Part shown: positions 16,001 to 23,468 of the stretch, piece by piece
Layout of the letters: each line of letters opens with the position of its first letter
Numbering within the stretch: position 1 is the stretch's first letter
Assembly: GCA_019313765.1 (NCBI GenBank)
Contig: JAFDAP010000001.1
Coordinates: 1-32,025 of the forward strand
Reading direction: 5' to 3'
Length of the DNA stretch: 32,025 bases
Source: Deltaproteobacteria bacterium
Lineage (GTDB): Bacteria; Desulfobacterota; DSM-4660; Desulfatiglandales; Desulfatiglandaceae
The notes under the pieces: model-generated
The model's database searches: none
What the model saw: only the letters and a program-made list of their open reading frames with translations
What the model was told of the DNA's origin: nothing
Translations under genes and position numbers: made by a program

Positions 16001-17712
16001 GCTGTCTCCAGGGTTGTTCCGGAAGGGAGAGTGGCATACAAATTAAATGTATCAAGTGGAACCTCCCGGGGAACGTTGACACTAAGCCCCAGACAAATAA
16101 CGAGGCTGATAAAAAAGGCCATCACACACACAGCCAGCGTTCCTGCCGGAAAACGCAGGCCTGTTTTGAGAAGCACGGTGTATATCTGCATGGGCCGCTG
16201 CTTTTGGCTGAACGCAGTGCGAGGTGTGTTCTGTTTTTTCCCGGAAAGGATCCGGTAAGCGATGGTGGGAATCAGAAGAAATGCCACTGCCAGCGAAACA
16301 AGAAGAGTAGCGATGATGGAAACACCGATCTGCCAGCCCAGTGTTTTGATCAGGGGCTCAGTAGAAAACAGAAAGGGGACAAAAATGCAGATAGTGGTCA
16401 GTGTGGCAGCGATGATGGCTCGCAGCACTTCATTGGTCCCATCCACTACGGCATTGCCTGCAGTCTGATTCCTGTTGATGTGGCGGTTGATGTTTTCCAG
16501 CACCACAACGCTGCTGTCCAGCAGCATCCCCACCGCAATGGCGATTCCCACAAGAGTAAGTGTGTTGATGGTGATCCCAAGCGCGTAAAAAAGATTCATG
16601 GATATCAAGACAGAGATTGGGATGGTGAGAGCAATGATAAAAACAAATTTAAGCCTTCGTATAAAAACCCAGAGGACGGCGATGGCCAGAAGGCTTCCCA
16701 AAAGGCCCAATATAAAGATGGACTGCATGTTGTCTTCGATGACCCGGGCTTCATCCACCTGAATGACGAGCTCGATTCCGTCGGCACTGATCCGGCGGTT
16801 GATGTCCTCGATGGCCTTACGGGTTTTGGCGGCCAGGGAAAGGAGGTTTGTGTCCCAACTGCGCACCAGTGACACCGTGATGGTCTCCATGCCGTTGATC
16901 CGCGAGATGGATTCCTCCTCCGCCCCACCTTCCCTGATCTCAGCGATCTGGCCCAGTGTTATAGGACCTGTGTTTTTGACCACAACATCAACCAGGTCGG
17001 GAATATTCGTGTACTCGCTGACCAGGTTGATGAAATATTTCTGGCGTCCCTCCCGGGCGACCCCAAGGTACTGCCTTTGTCCAGCCTGCTGGTTGATTTT
17101 GGAGGCAACCTGGTTGATCGTCAATCCGAATTCGGCCAACAGGCTGCTGTCCAGAACGATCTCGATGGACCGCTTGCGGCCGCCGTACACATTAACGTTG
17201 GCCACCCCATCAATGGTTTCCAACTGGGGAGTAACCTTCTCATCAATAACACTGCGGATCTGATCCAGGCCGCCTTCACCTCTGGCTTGAAAGGAAAGGA
17301 ACTGATTGGAGAGCTGCTCGGGATTGGTCCTGGCCACCTTCACCTGGAAGGAGTCGGTCAGCTGGGCCGCAGCGGCCGCAACCCTGTCCTGGAGTTTCAG
17401 AAAATCATATTTTTGGCGGCTGGACTGGTTATAGTAAACAAAGATGGTGGCCTGCCTGCGGCTTACATATGATTCGATCTTTTCGATGTTTTCCAGCCCG
17501 GCGATAGCTCCCTCCAGCGGGATCACGGCATAGTGCTCCACATAGGCAGGATCGGCGTTCTGCGGGCCGGAGATATTGATGATCAATTGAGGAAGCTCAG
17601 TATTCGGGAAGAGCTCGATGGGAAGCTGCCGGAAGGAGACAGCCCCCAGCAGACAGAGCCCGGCAATGAGCATGAAGACTGTAACCGGCCGTCGTATGAT
17701 CTGTCGAATCAT
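13018..17712 (-). CDS. RND (AcrB/HAE-type) efflux permease fused in frame to extra TM helices and a complete ABC-transporter ATPase domain (1,564 aa)
   Basis: Residues 1-~1020 form an RND core, with 'MIRQIIRRPVTVFMLIAGLCLLGAVSF', TM4 'GMLLDSSVVVLENI', and 'LGVVVNNGIILIDY..RVRPILITAVTTILAMLPIA'. The C-terminal NBD has Walker A GPNGAGKT (13786-13809), 'YLPQE', signature FSGGMKQRVG (13480-13509), Walker B ILVVDEPT (13426-13449) and 'STHI'. The frame is uninterrupted, and the start lies 3 nt after the upstream RND stop. Confidence 0.9.
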   Translation of the reverse strand: MIRQIIRRPVTVFMLIAGLCLLGAVSFRQLPIELFPNTELPQLIINISGPQNADPAYVEHYAVIPLEGAIAGLENIEKIESYVSRRQATIFVYYNQSSRQKYDFLKLQDRVAAAAAQLTDSFQVKVARTNPEQLSNQFLSFQARGEGGLDQIRSVIDEKVTPQLETIDGVANVNVYGGRKRSIEIVLDSSLLAEFGLTINQVASKINQQAGQRQYLGVAREGRQKYFINLVSEYTNIPDLVDVVVKNTGPITLGQIAEIREGGAEEESISRINGMETITVSLVRSWDTNLLSLAAKTRKAIEDINRRISADGIELVIQVDEARVIEDNMQSIFILGLLGSLLAIAVLWVFIRRLKFVFIIALTIPISVLISMNLFYALGITINTLTLVGIAIAVGMLLDSSVVVLENINRHINRNQTAGNAVVDGTNEVLRAIIAATLTTICIFVPFLFSTEPLIKTLGWQIGVSIIATLLVSLAVAFLLIPTIAYRILSGKKQNTPRTAFSQKQRPMQIYTVLLKTGLRFPAGTLAVCVMAFFISLVICLGLSVNVPREVPLDTFNLYATLPSGTTLETADEQAREMDKRLKDMQEIEERTSSIQEDNIVLTFQLEKGYEKIAGRPLEEIKDSIEGMLDDAFPRIDFSYEEPTQNVGFQGGSGRGQDFQRLLGMGASQEKVILSGQDLEILRAIAEDIQYNIENLDTVRSVNISVSNQQPSIDLLLDKAALKHFDVGLQSVMDELNTFQKEISATVKYMDGPEEVDIILKTEEEEEKTSDDLRRLQIPSASEGLVPITQISKLLYSAGYSRISRINQEKQVTVTYQFESDIEESSTLLDQARTEIEDIVAGIYPPPGVAIEVAHDESDISEFYFLIGIGILLIFMVLASTFESLITPLVMMFTLPLAAVGAFLALILTGNSIYNANALIGFLILLGVVVNNGIILIDYSRILQRKNFRLSRALITAGQTRVRPILITAVTTILAMLPIAMGRAEYISQIGAPFAITVIGGLAFATLFTLVIIPTAAFGLDNTLRWLNRLPLKTKLLMLGLFFLGLVLIINTIHSVLWQSAYILGLLAAIPAGTWFVRTSLRRSRTQLFADDAPITITIRNVSKVYDDFIKFAKEWKKGGRDREVSSGSLPFKERLARWVYLLPLYAFLVFFLFFYIKGGLWRLILVIVFYLATLNLFRTFKPAPGPARRLRERIFDLGEKVVRWGLPIPVLLWLNGLWQDTFSTVFFGMIWYLAILLKAVAKRLEEKGVNIDRLTGRFGRLRRAFYRFVQSVPLLSRKKKPFRALDQISLSIGSGMFGLVGPNGAGKTTLMRIICGILGPSRGKVSFNHLDLEEHREELQALIGYLPQEFGTYENMTVVQFLDYQAMLKGIWNKVERERIVSTALESVHLTDNRDNKIGTFSGGMKQRVGIAQTLLKLPRILVVDEPTAGLDPRERIKFRNLLSELAKDRIVIFSTHIIEDISSSCNKVAVLLEGRVKFVGTPKELVERTRGNVWQALIPEGDLDRIRRATKVVHHMRDAGKVRVRILAGKQPFEEAKQVVPTLEDSYMWLMGSTERNEGDTP
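13021..13866 (-). other. Domain: ABC ATPase (NBD) with C-terminal extension, paralogous to the ATPase at 30362-31273
   Basis: All NBD motifs are intact (see the parent CDS). The tail '..GNVWQALIPEGDLDRI..VRVRILA..PTLEDSYMWLMG' parallels 'GKVWTISTGYEDLDSW..YELRIVA..PNLEDAYIHYMQ' in the stand-alone ATPase. Confidence 0.85.
13867..14394 (-). other. Domain: ~175-aa hydrophobic insertion (about four TM helices) between an NBD-like first strand and the Walker A region
   Basis: 'ITITIRNVSKVY' (14395-14430) resembles the first strand of an NBD (compare 'MQISISQLSKRY' of the stand-alone ATPase). It is followed by 'WVYLLPLYAFLVFFLFFYI', 'LWRLILVIVFYLATLNLF', 'WGLPIPVLLWLNGLW' and 'FSTVFFGMIWYLAILLKAV', and then by 'KPFRALDQISLSIGSGMFGLVGPNGAGKTT'. 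Confidence 0.55.
14653..17712 (-). other. Domain: RND transporter core (aa 1-~1020 of the fusion)
   Basis: The boundaries come from my residue count of the ORF translation. The last canonical RND helix ends in 'FTLVIIPTAAFGL'. Confidence 0.75.
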
Positions 17713-17715
17713 AGA

Positions 17716-20700
17716 CTAAGCCCTCTCTTCTCTCTGCTTCATACGGCCGCCCAAAATACGATAGACCGCGGGGATAACGATCAGAGTCAGGATGGTGGAT
17801 GTCACCAATCCTCCTATAACAGCCACAGCCAGCGGAGCCCTGAGGGAAGCTCCTTCACCTATTCCCAGGGTCAACGGGAAGAGGGCCAGAATGGTTGTGG
17901 CAGAAGTCATAAAAATGGGCCTGATGCGCAGCTGTCCTGCCGCAATGATGGCCGCTTCCATGGCCCTGCCGCTCCGGCGAAGCTGGTTGATCAGATCCAC
18001 CAGGATGATTGAATCGTTTACCGCGATCCCAGCCAGCATGATCATTCCAATAAAGGACATGATATTCAATGGCAGGTTGAGCACCATCAGGAGGATCACC
18101 GCCCCTACCATGGCTAGAGGAATGGTCAGAAGAATGACGAATGGATGGCGCAGAGACTCGAACTGCGAGGCCATAACCATATAGACCAGGATGACAGCCA
18201 GGAGGAGGGCGAACCACAGGTGGCGGAAGGATTCCCTCCTCAGTTTTTCCTCACCGGTGATGGCAAAAGAATAATCTTGGGGCAGTGTGATCTCCGCGAG
18301 TGCGCTTTCCACATGGGCTATTATTTTGTCGAAGGCCTCTTCTCCGCTGAGCAAGGCCGTCACTTCAGCTGTCCGGATCTGGTTATTTCTCAGAATCTCG
18401 CGGGGAGAGGTTGTTTTTCGAAGTGAGGCCACCTCATCCAACCTCAATTTGCGTCCCCCTGTGGCATCCAGAAGAAGACCCTCCAGTTCCTTGAGCGTCG
18501 GTTCGGGCGTGCGCAGCATGATGTTGATGTATTCGCCCTCGTCTTCATATTCCCCCAGTTCCTTACCAGACAATAGATCTTTCAGCTGGGAGCCAATGCT
18601 CTGGGGAGTGAGGCCGAAGCTTGTGGCTGCGGTCCTGTCGAAAACCACTTCCACTTCGGGCCTACCTTCCTGAAAGCTGGTTTCGACAGCAGTCAAACCC
18701 GGCTGCTTCTGCAGAATGGCCTCCACCTCATCGGACAGAGATTTCAGGGTGTCCAGTTCCTTGCCCCGTATTTCCACGATCAAAGGTGCCTCCACCGTTC
18801 CCAGGGTGATCTGAAGGGCGGTCTGAGCCCGCATGATCTGGGCGGTGAGACCGGGAATGTCAGTCAACTGATTTTTCAACCACACCTGTAGAGAGTCCAG
18901 GTCCAGCCCATCCGGTTTGACTGTCACAAGGAGCATGGCGCTGTTCTCTCCGGCCAACACCTCTGATTCTGTAAGGGCGGTTCCCACAGGTCCAATGCGG
19001 GAGTAGATGGACTGGATGGATTCCCCATGATTTTCCTGGAGCAGTGTTTCCAGGCTGCGAACTGTGGATTCCGTCCGCTCCAGGTTCGATCCCTCCGGCA
19101 GAAGAAGCGAAATCTCCAGTTCATTGCGGTCCGTCTGGGGCATAAACTCACTGCCCATGTTGACCGCCAAAAAGCCTGCCGACAGGATCAAAAGAAAGGC
19201 CAGGGCAACCACAAGCCAGCGTTTTTTCAGTATGCCGCTAAGGAAACGGGCATAGAAGGGAAACTGCAGGGAGGGTTTGGCTACTTTGACCTTAGGAGCT
19301 TTCAGGATCCTGGAACAGAGCATTGGGATGACGGATAGGGCGACAAAAAGGGAAGACAGGAGGGCGAAGGCCACTGTCCAGGCTTGCTCCTTGAACAGCT
19401 CCCCTGCGATGCCCTGGAGATAGACGATGGGGAGAAACACGATGATAGTTGTCAGGGTGGAACTGGTGATGGCTCCCCCCACTTCACCAGCGCCGCGCAC
19501 AGACGCCTCCTTAATCCCCAATCCCTCCTCCAGATGGCGGAATATGTTTTCCACAACGACGATGGCATTGTCCACCAGCATACCGGCTCCCAGAGCCAGA
19601 CCTCCCAGAGTCATGATGTTAAGGGTCAGCTTATTAAAGTACATCAAGTTAAATGTGGCGATGATGGAGACGGGAATGGCAATGCTGACAACAGCGGTAA
19701 CACCTATCCTGCGAAGGAAAATGAACAGGATCAGGACAGCCAGAAAAATCCCGATCATTCCGGTCTGCTCTACTTCCCTTACCGCGGATTTAATGAAACC
19801 CGCCTGGTCTTGGATGATGTGCAGTTCGTATCCGGGAAGGGCCCTCTGAAGGCTTTCCAGCTGGCTGCGGATGTATTCCGAAGCCTGCGTGGTGTTGAAC
19901 CGGGCTTCCTTGAAGATCTCGAGAGCAAGACACCGACGACCGTTATAGTGGACGATGTTCTCAGGATCGCTGAGAACGTAGCTCACATCGGAGATATCTT
20001 TCAGGGTGATAGGAGTGCGGTCGGATGATTCTCCCGTTTCATCGGTTTTATAGGCGATGATCAGGTTTTTGAGGTCTTCCAGCGACTCCAACTCACCCAC
20101 ACCCCGGATGGTATAGCGCAGGCCCATCTCGACGATGGACCCGCCGGAGATGCTCCTGTTGCTTTCCTGCACTGCGGAGGCCACCTGGTCCAATGTCAGC
20201 CCGTAGGCTTCCAGAGTAAAGGAATCCGTCCGGATCTCGATCTCTCTTTTTCTCTCTCCGACAATTTCCACGGCGGCCACGCCGGGAAGCCTGACAAGGT
20301 CGTTGCGAATGTTGTTTTCCGCAGTCTGACGCAGTCTGTCCAGATCCTCCAGGTCCTCGTGCCAGAAGACGGCGGTGATAACGGGCTGGGAATTGGGGTC
20401 CAGCTGGCTGACAGTGATATCATCCAGTTCCTGGCCCTGGCTAAAATCGGACACGGACTTTTGCAGTTCCAGATAGGCCTCGTCCATATCCGTATTCCAG
20501 TCATATTCGACCGTGATCAGGGCCCGGCCCACACGGGAAATGGAGGAGACCCCGGTCACCTTGCGGCCGCGGGCGGCCATAGCTTCCAGCTGAGAGACAA
20601 ACTGTTCCTCCATCTCTTCTGGAGGACGATTTTCAGCTGCCATGGAGACATAAAGCCGCGGATTATTCAGACGCGGTAGAAGATCGATCCCCAGCCTTTG

Positions 20701-20790
20701 AAAGGCGATATAGCCAAGGAGGCAGATGGCCAGGATGACCATGATTATGGTCGTGGGATACCTGACGGAAAATTGTGCCAGCTTTTTCAT
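17716..20790 (-). CDS. RND efflux transporter permease subunit (AcrB/HAE family)
   Basis: The 1,024-aa ORF shows 'MKKLAQFSVRYPTTIIMVILAICLLGYIAF', TM4 'GAGMLVDNAIVVVENIF', and 'GIAVNDSIILVDLINQL..RIRPIFMTSATTILALFPL'. It starts 1 nt after the MFP stop. Confidence 0.93.
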   Translation of the reverse strand: MKKLAQFSVRYPTTIIMVILAICLLGYIAFQRLGIDLLPRLNNPRLYVSMAAENRPPEEMEEQFVSQLEAMAARGRKVTGVSSISRVGRALITVEYDWNTDMDEAYLELQKSVSDFSQGQELDDITVSQLDPNSQPVITAVFWHEDLEDLDRLRQTAENNIRNDLVRLPGVAAVEIVGERKREIEIRTDSFTLEAYGLTLDQVASAVQESNRSISGGSIVEMGLRYTIRGVGELESLEDLKNLIIAYKTDETGESSDRTPITLKDISDVSYVLSDPENIVHYNGRRCLALEIFKEARFNTTQASEYIRSQLESLQRALPGYELHIIQDQAGFIKSAVREVEQTGMIGIFLAVLILFIFLRRIGVTAVVSIAIPVSIIATFNLMYFNKLTLNIMTLGGLALGAGMLVDNAIVVVENIFRHLEEGLGIKEASVRGAGEVGGAITSSTLTTIIVFLPIVYLQGIAGELFKEQAWTVAFALLSSLFVALSVIPMLCSRILKAPKVKVAKPSLQFPFYARFLSGILKKRWLVVALAFLLILSAGFLAVNMGSEFMPQTDRNELEISLLLPEGSNLERTESTVRSLETLLQENHGESIQSIYSRIGPVGTALTESEVLAGENSAMLLVTVKPDGLDLDSLQVWLKNQLTDIPGLTAQIMRAQTALQITLGTVEAPLIVEIRGKELDTLKSLSDEVEAILQKQPGLTAVETSFQEGRPEVEVVFDRTAATSFGLTPQSIGSQLKDLLSGKELGEYEDEGEYINIMLRTPEPTLKELEGLLLDATGGRKLRLDEVASLRKTTSPREILRNNQIRTAEVTALLSGEEAFDKIIAHVESALAEITLPQDYSFAITGEEKLRRESFRHLWFALLLAVILVYMVMASQFESLRHPFVILLTIPLAMVGAVILLMVLNLPLNIMSFIGMIMLAGIAVNDSIILVDLINQLRRSGRAMEAAIIAAGQLRIRPIFMTSATTILALFPLTLGIGEGASLRAPLAVAVIGGLVTSTILTLIVIPAVYRILGGRMKQREERA

Positions 20791-20791
20791 T

Positions 20792-21871
20792 TTACTCGAT
20801 GACCTTGACGCGAGATCGATTTCTCAGAGTCTCGAAGCCTTCAATGATCAGTCTGTCCCCGAGATTGAGCCCACTGGCCACTTCAACGCTGTCGCTGGTC
20901 TCGATGCCCAGCTCCAACCTCCGCTCCAAAGCGATCCCTCGCTGGATGATGTAAACGGTTTTCCGGCCCCGTCTGTCCAGGATGATATCTTTGGGGATGA
21001 TGATCACATCCGCCTTCTCCTGGACGATGATGTCGGCGCGTACGAACATTCCGGGTTTGAGCATAAGGTCCTTGTTGCCCGCTTCGATCTTGATCTTGAA
21101 CATCCGGCTGGTGGGATCAAGCGCCGGTGAGATCTGTGTCACCATTCCTTCGAGTTTCTGTTTGTCCTGGCTGTAGTTGCTGACGGCGACATTCTGGTTT
21201 CTCTTGATGCGGCCCATCTCTTTTCCGGGCAGGGTCAGTTCGGCATAGAGACGGGAATAATCCATCAGAGTAGCCACTTCGGTGTTGACCTCCACCCACT
21301 GACTGGAAGTGAAGTGTGGGAGGTCGACGATAAATCCCTTGAAGGGGGCGCGGATCTCCAGCTTGGCCAGGGAAATTTTGGCGTTGTCATAATTGTAACG
21401 GGAATCGATCAGAGCCCTTTCCGCATCCTTGACCTCACTTAAAGTGATGCCTCCCTTTTCATAGACGCTTTGCTGCTTAGTGAATTCCCTCTCCGCCGAC
21501 TCGAGGCTAAGCTTTTTGGAATCGATGGCGATCTGATTGACATATTCAGGATTCTCCAGGGAAAAGAGCAGGGTGTTGGCAGCCACGGAATCTCCCATGG
21601 CAAAAGATTTTCCCGTCCTGGGATTTCGCCTCAATGTGTACTTCCCTGCCTGTTCCGTTTTTAGCATGGTTTCCTTAACAGCATAGACCGTTCCCGTGGC
21701 CGTCACGAATTCCTGGATAGAGGATTTTTTCACCTCTTCCGCCCGGACAGGAATAGTAGAGTCCGTCTCTGTTGTCATACGCTCCTGCCGGCAGCCGGTC
21801 AAAACCAATATGAATATAAATAACAATACATACAGTGGTGTAACATTGAGTCCCGTTGTGGTTTTTCTCAT
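20792..21871 (-). CDS. Efflux RND periplasmic adaptor (membrane fusion protein, HlyD/AcrA family), lipoprotein
   Basis: The 359-aa ORF has a signal peptide with the lipobox 'LVLTGC'. A coiled-coil hairpin segment is followed by 'LEIRAPFKGFIV' and beta-barrel segments. The SD AGGAGGG is present, and the start lies 3 nt after the OMP stop. Confidence 0.9.
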   Translation of the reverse strand: MRKTTTGLNVTPLYVLLFIFILVLTGCRQERMTTETDSTIPVRAEEVKKSSIQEFVTATGTVYAVKETMLKTEQAGKYTLRRNPRTGKSFAMGDSVAANTLLFSLENPEYVNQIAIDSKKLSLESAEREFTKQQSVYEKGGITLSEVKDAERALIDSRYNYDNAKISLAKLEIRAPFKGFIVDLPHFTSSQWVEVNTEVATLMDYSRLYAELTLPGKEMGRIKRNQNVAVSNYSQDKQKLEGMVTQISPALDPTSRMFKIKIEAGNKDLMLKPGMFVRADIIVQEKADVIIIPKDIILDRRGRKTVYIIQRGIALERRLELGIETSDSVEVASGLNLGDRLIIEGFETLRNRSRVKVIE

Positions 21872-21874
21872 CCT

Positions 21875-23413
21875 TTATCCCTCCTGTTCCGATATATCTT
21901 CGAGTTCGTCCAAGATGGACCGGTTGGCCTCAAAATCCCAGAGCGTCCTGATCTTTAAGTCAAGCAGGGCCAGTTTGTTGTTGATCAGAGCCTGAACCAG
22001 GCTGAGTTTTTGCGTCGACAGCTGGAGCTGGTAGAACTGCAGATCCTTGGACGAGAGATCACCATTGCGGTATCGCTCCAGGTTGATGGCGTAGGTGAGC
22101 TCCGCGTTTTTTATGCTTTTCTCCGCAATTTCTATCTGACGTTTCTGGTTCAGCAAATTCCGATAGGCTTCTCGGATCTCTAATCTTATGCTTTTTATCT
22201 CTTCATCAGCCGATAGCTTGACCGTTTCGATCTGAGCCTTGGTGGCGGCCAGGTGATGTTTCTTCTGTCCCCAGTCAAAAAGCGGGATGTTCAGGGTCAG
22301 GGCGATCAGGCGGTCACTATTGGGCGAGTCGTAGATACCCGGGAACTGTCGGTTGGTTCCCGTCAATCCGAAGGAGAGATTGAGGGAGGCCTTGAATTCG
22401 TTCTCGGCTCCAGCCCTGATGAGATCATGCATGGCATTCTGGATCTCTATGTCCTTCTGCCGCAGCTCCATACGGTTTTCCATCCCATAAGCAATGGCAA
22501 TATTCAGATCCACTTCCACCATTGATCTCTGAATATCGGCGGACACATCGATCAGGGCTTCCAACTCAAGTCCCAGCAGTGTTTTGAATGTATCCAGACT
22601 GTTTTCATGCTGCATGAGTTTGTTTTCCATCGAAGCCAGACTGTTGTCCTTGGTGATGTCTGCCTGATAAAGTTCTTCAGGTGCGGTTATACCGGCATCC
22701 ACCTTGCTCTGGATGATCTTGAAGCTTTCCGTGGCGTTTTTGTATTCCTCCTGGGAGATCTGGATACTCATCCTGGAATAATAGAGGTTGAGGAACTGCT
22801 GGGTGACCAGACGTTCGATCTGAAGCTTCTGAATGGCGTAGGCTAGTTGTGCATTCTCAAGGGACAGTTCAAGCTCCTTCATCTGCATCTTTTTCCTGTT
22901 GTAAGTAAAAAGAGGTTGGTTGAGGCTAACGGTCAGTGAGTTGGAGAATTCGGATTTCTTATCTCCGCCTGCAAAAGAACTGGACGCTTCCTGCCAGTTG
23001 AACTTGTCGGTGACGATCAAAGTGGCATCCGTCCAAATGACGGGCTGACGGATGGTGAAGGAGGTTTCCGTTCTTGTCTGGGTTTGGGTGTTGTAGCTGG
23101 AGGTAAGCTCACTAAACACTCTCCCACTGGAAGTGAGGTAGGGCGTAACGGTCAAACTGAACTGGGACTTCAGCCCGGCCTTCTCGGCCATCAGGTTGCG
23201 CTCGTTAAACTCCAGCTGAAGGGAAGCCTGACGCATAGCCGGGCTGTTCTTGAAGGCGATGTTGAGGGCCCTGTCCAGAGTCAGCTCATCCCCTGCCGAT
23301 AGAGTATCTGCCGTGAAGATCATTATGAAGCTGAATACGATCAGCGGCCCAATAATTATCATGCGACCAGCCGTAAGAGGCCTGTGTGAACTTTTCTTAT
23401 CTGTCATTTTCAT
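21875..23413 (-). CDS. TolC-like outer membrane efflux protein (OEP family)
   Basis: The N-terminus has signal-like 'MIIIGPLIVFSFIMIFTADTLSAG', then 'LTLDRALNIAFKNSPAMRQASLQLEF' and the two-repeat OEP organisation. I prefer ATG 23413 ('MKMTDKK', with GGAG 6 nt upstream) over the track's GTG at 23440. Confidence 0.85.
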   Translation of the reverse strand: MKMTDKKSSHRPLTAGRMIIIGPLIVFSFIMIFTADTLSAGDELTLDRALNIAFKNSPAMRQASLQLEFNERNLMAEKAGLKSQFSLTVTPYLTSSGRVFSELTSSYNTQTQTRTETSFTIRQPVIWTDATLIVTDKFNWQEASSSFAGGDKKSEFSNSLTVSLNQPLFTYNRKKMQMKELELSLENAQLAYAIQKLQIERLVTQQFLNLYYSRMSIQISQEEYKNATESFKIIQSKVDAGITAPEELYQADITKDNSLASMENKLMQHENSLDTFKTLLGLELEALIDVSADIQRSMVEVDLNIAIAYGMENRMELRQKDIEIQNAMHDLIRAGAENEFKASLNLSFGLTGTNRQFPGIYDSPNSDRLIALTLNIPLFDWGQKKHHLAATKAQIETVKLSADEEIKSIRLEIREAYRNLLNQKRQIEIAEKSIKNAELTYAINLERYRNGDLSSKDLQFYQLQLSTQKLSLVQALINNKLALLDLKIRTLWDFEANRSILDELEDISEQEG

Positions 23414-23468
23414 GAACAACTCCATTTTCCAGCAGAACACTCAGTCCTGCATGGATCTATTTTTAAGC

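Noticed and set aside
12314-20028. Plus-strand ORFs antisense to the permease, RND-ABC and RND genes: 12314-13069, 13543-14121, 16204-16872 and 19384-20028.
   Set aside because: They are shadow frames of well-supported minus-strand genes. They have His/Gly/Gln/Asp-rich composition atypical of real proteins, and no start-site signals.
13018-20790. The idea that the NBD-fused RND has lost its proton-relay residues (TM4 'LLDSS', TM10 'VVNNG', no AcrB-type DD/K).
   Set aside because: The neighbouring unfused RND ('LVDNA', 'AVNDS') and, from memory, the whole SwrC-like RND subfamily also have a single TM4 Asp and no TM10 Lys. By-eye alignment cannot support a loss-of-proton-coupling claim; a proper alignment is needed.
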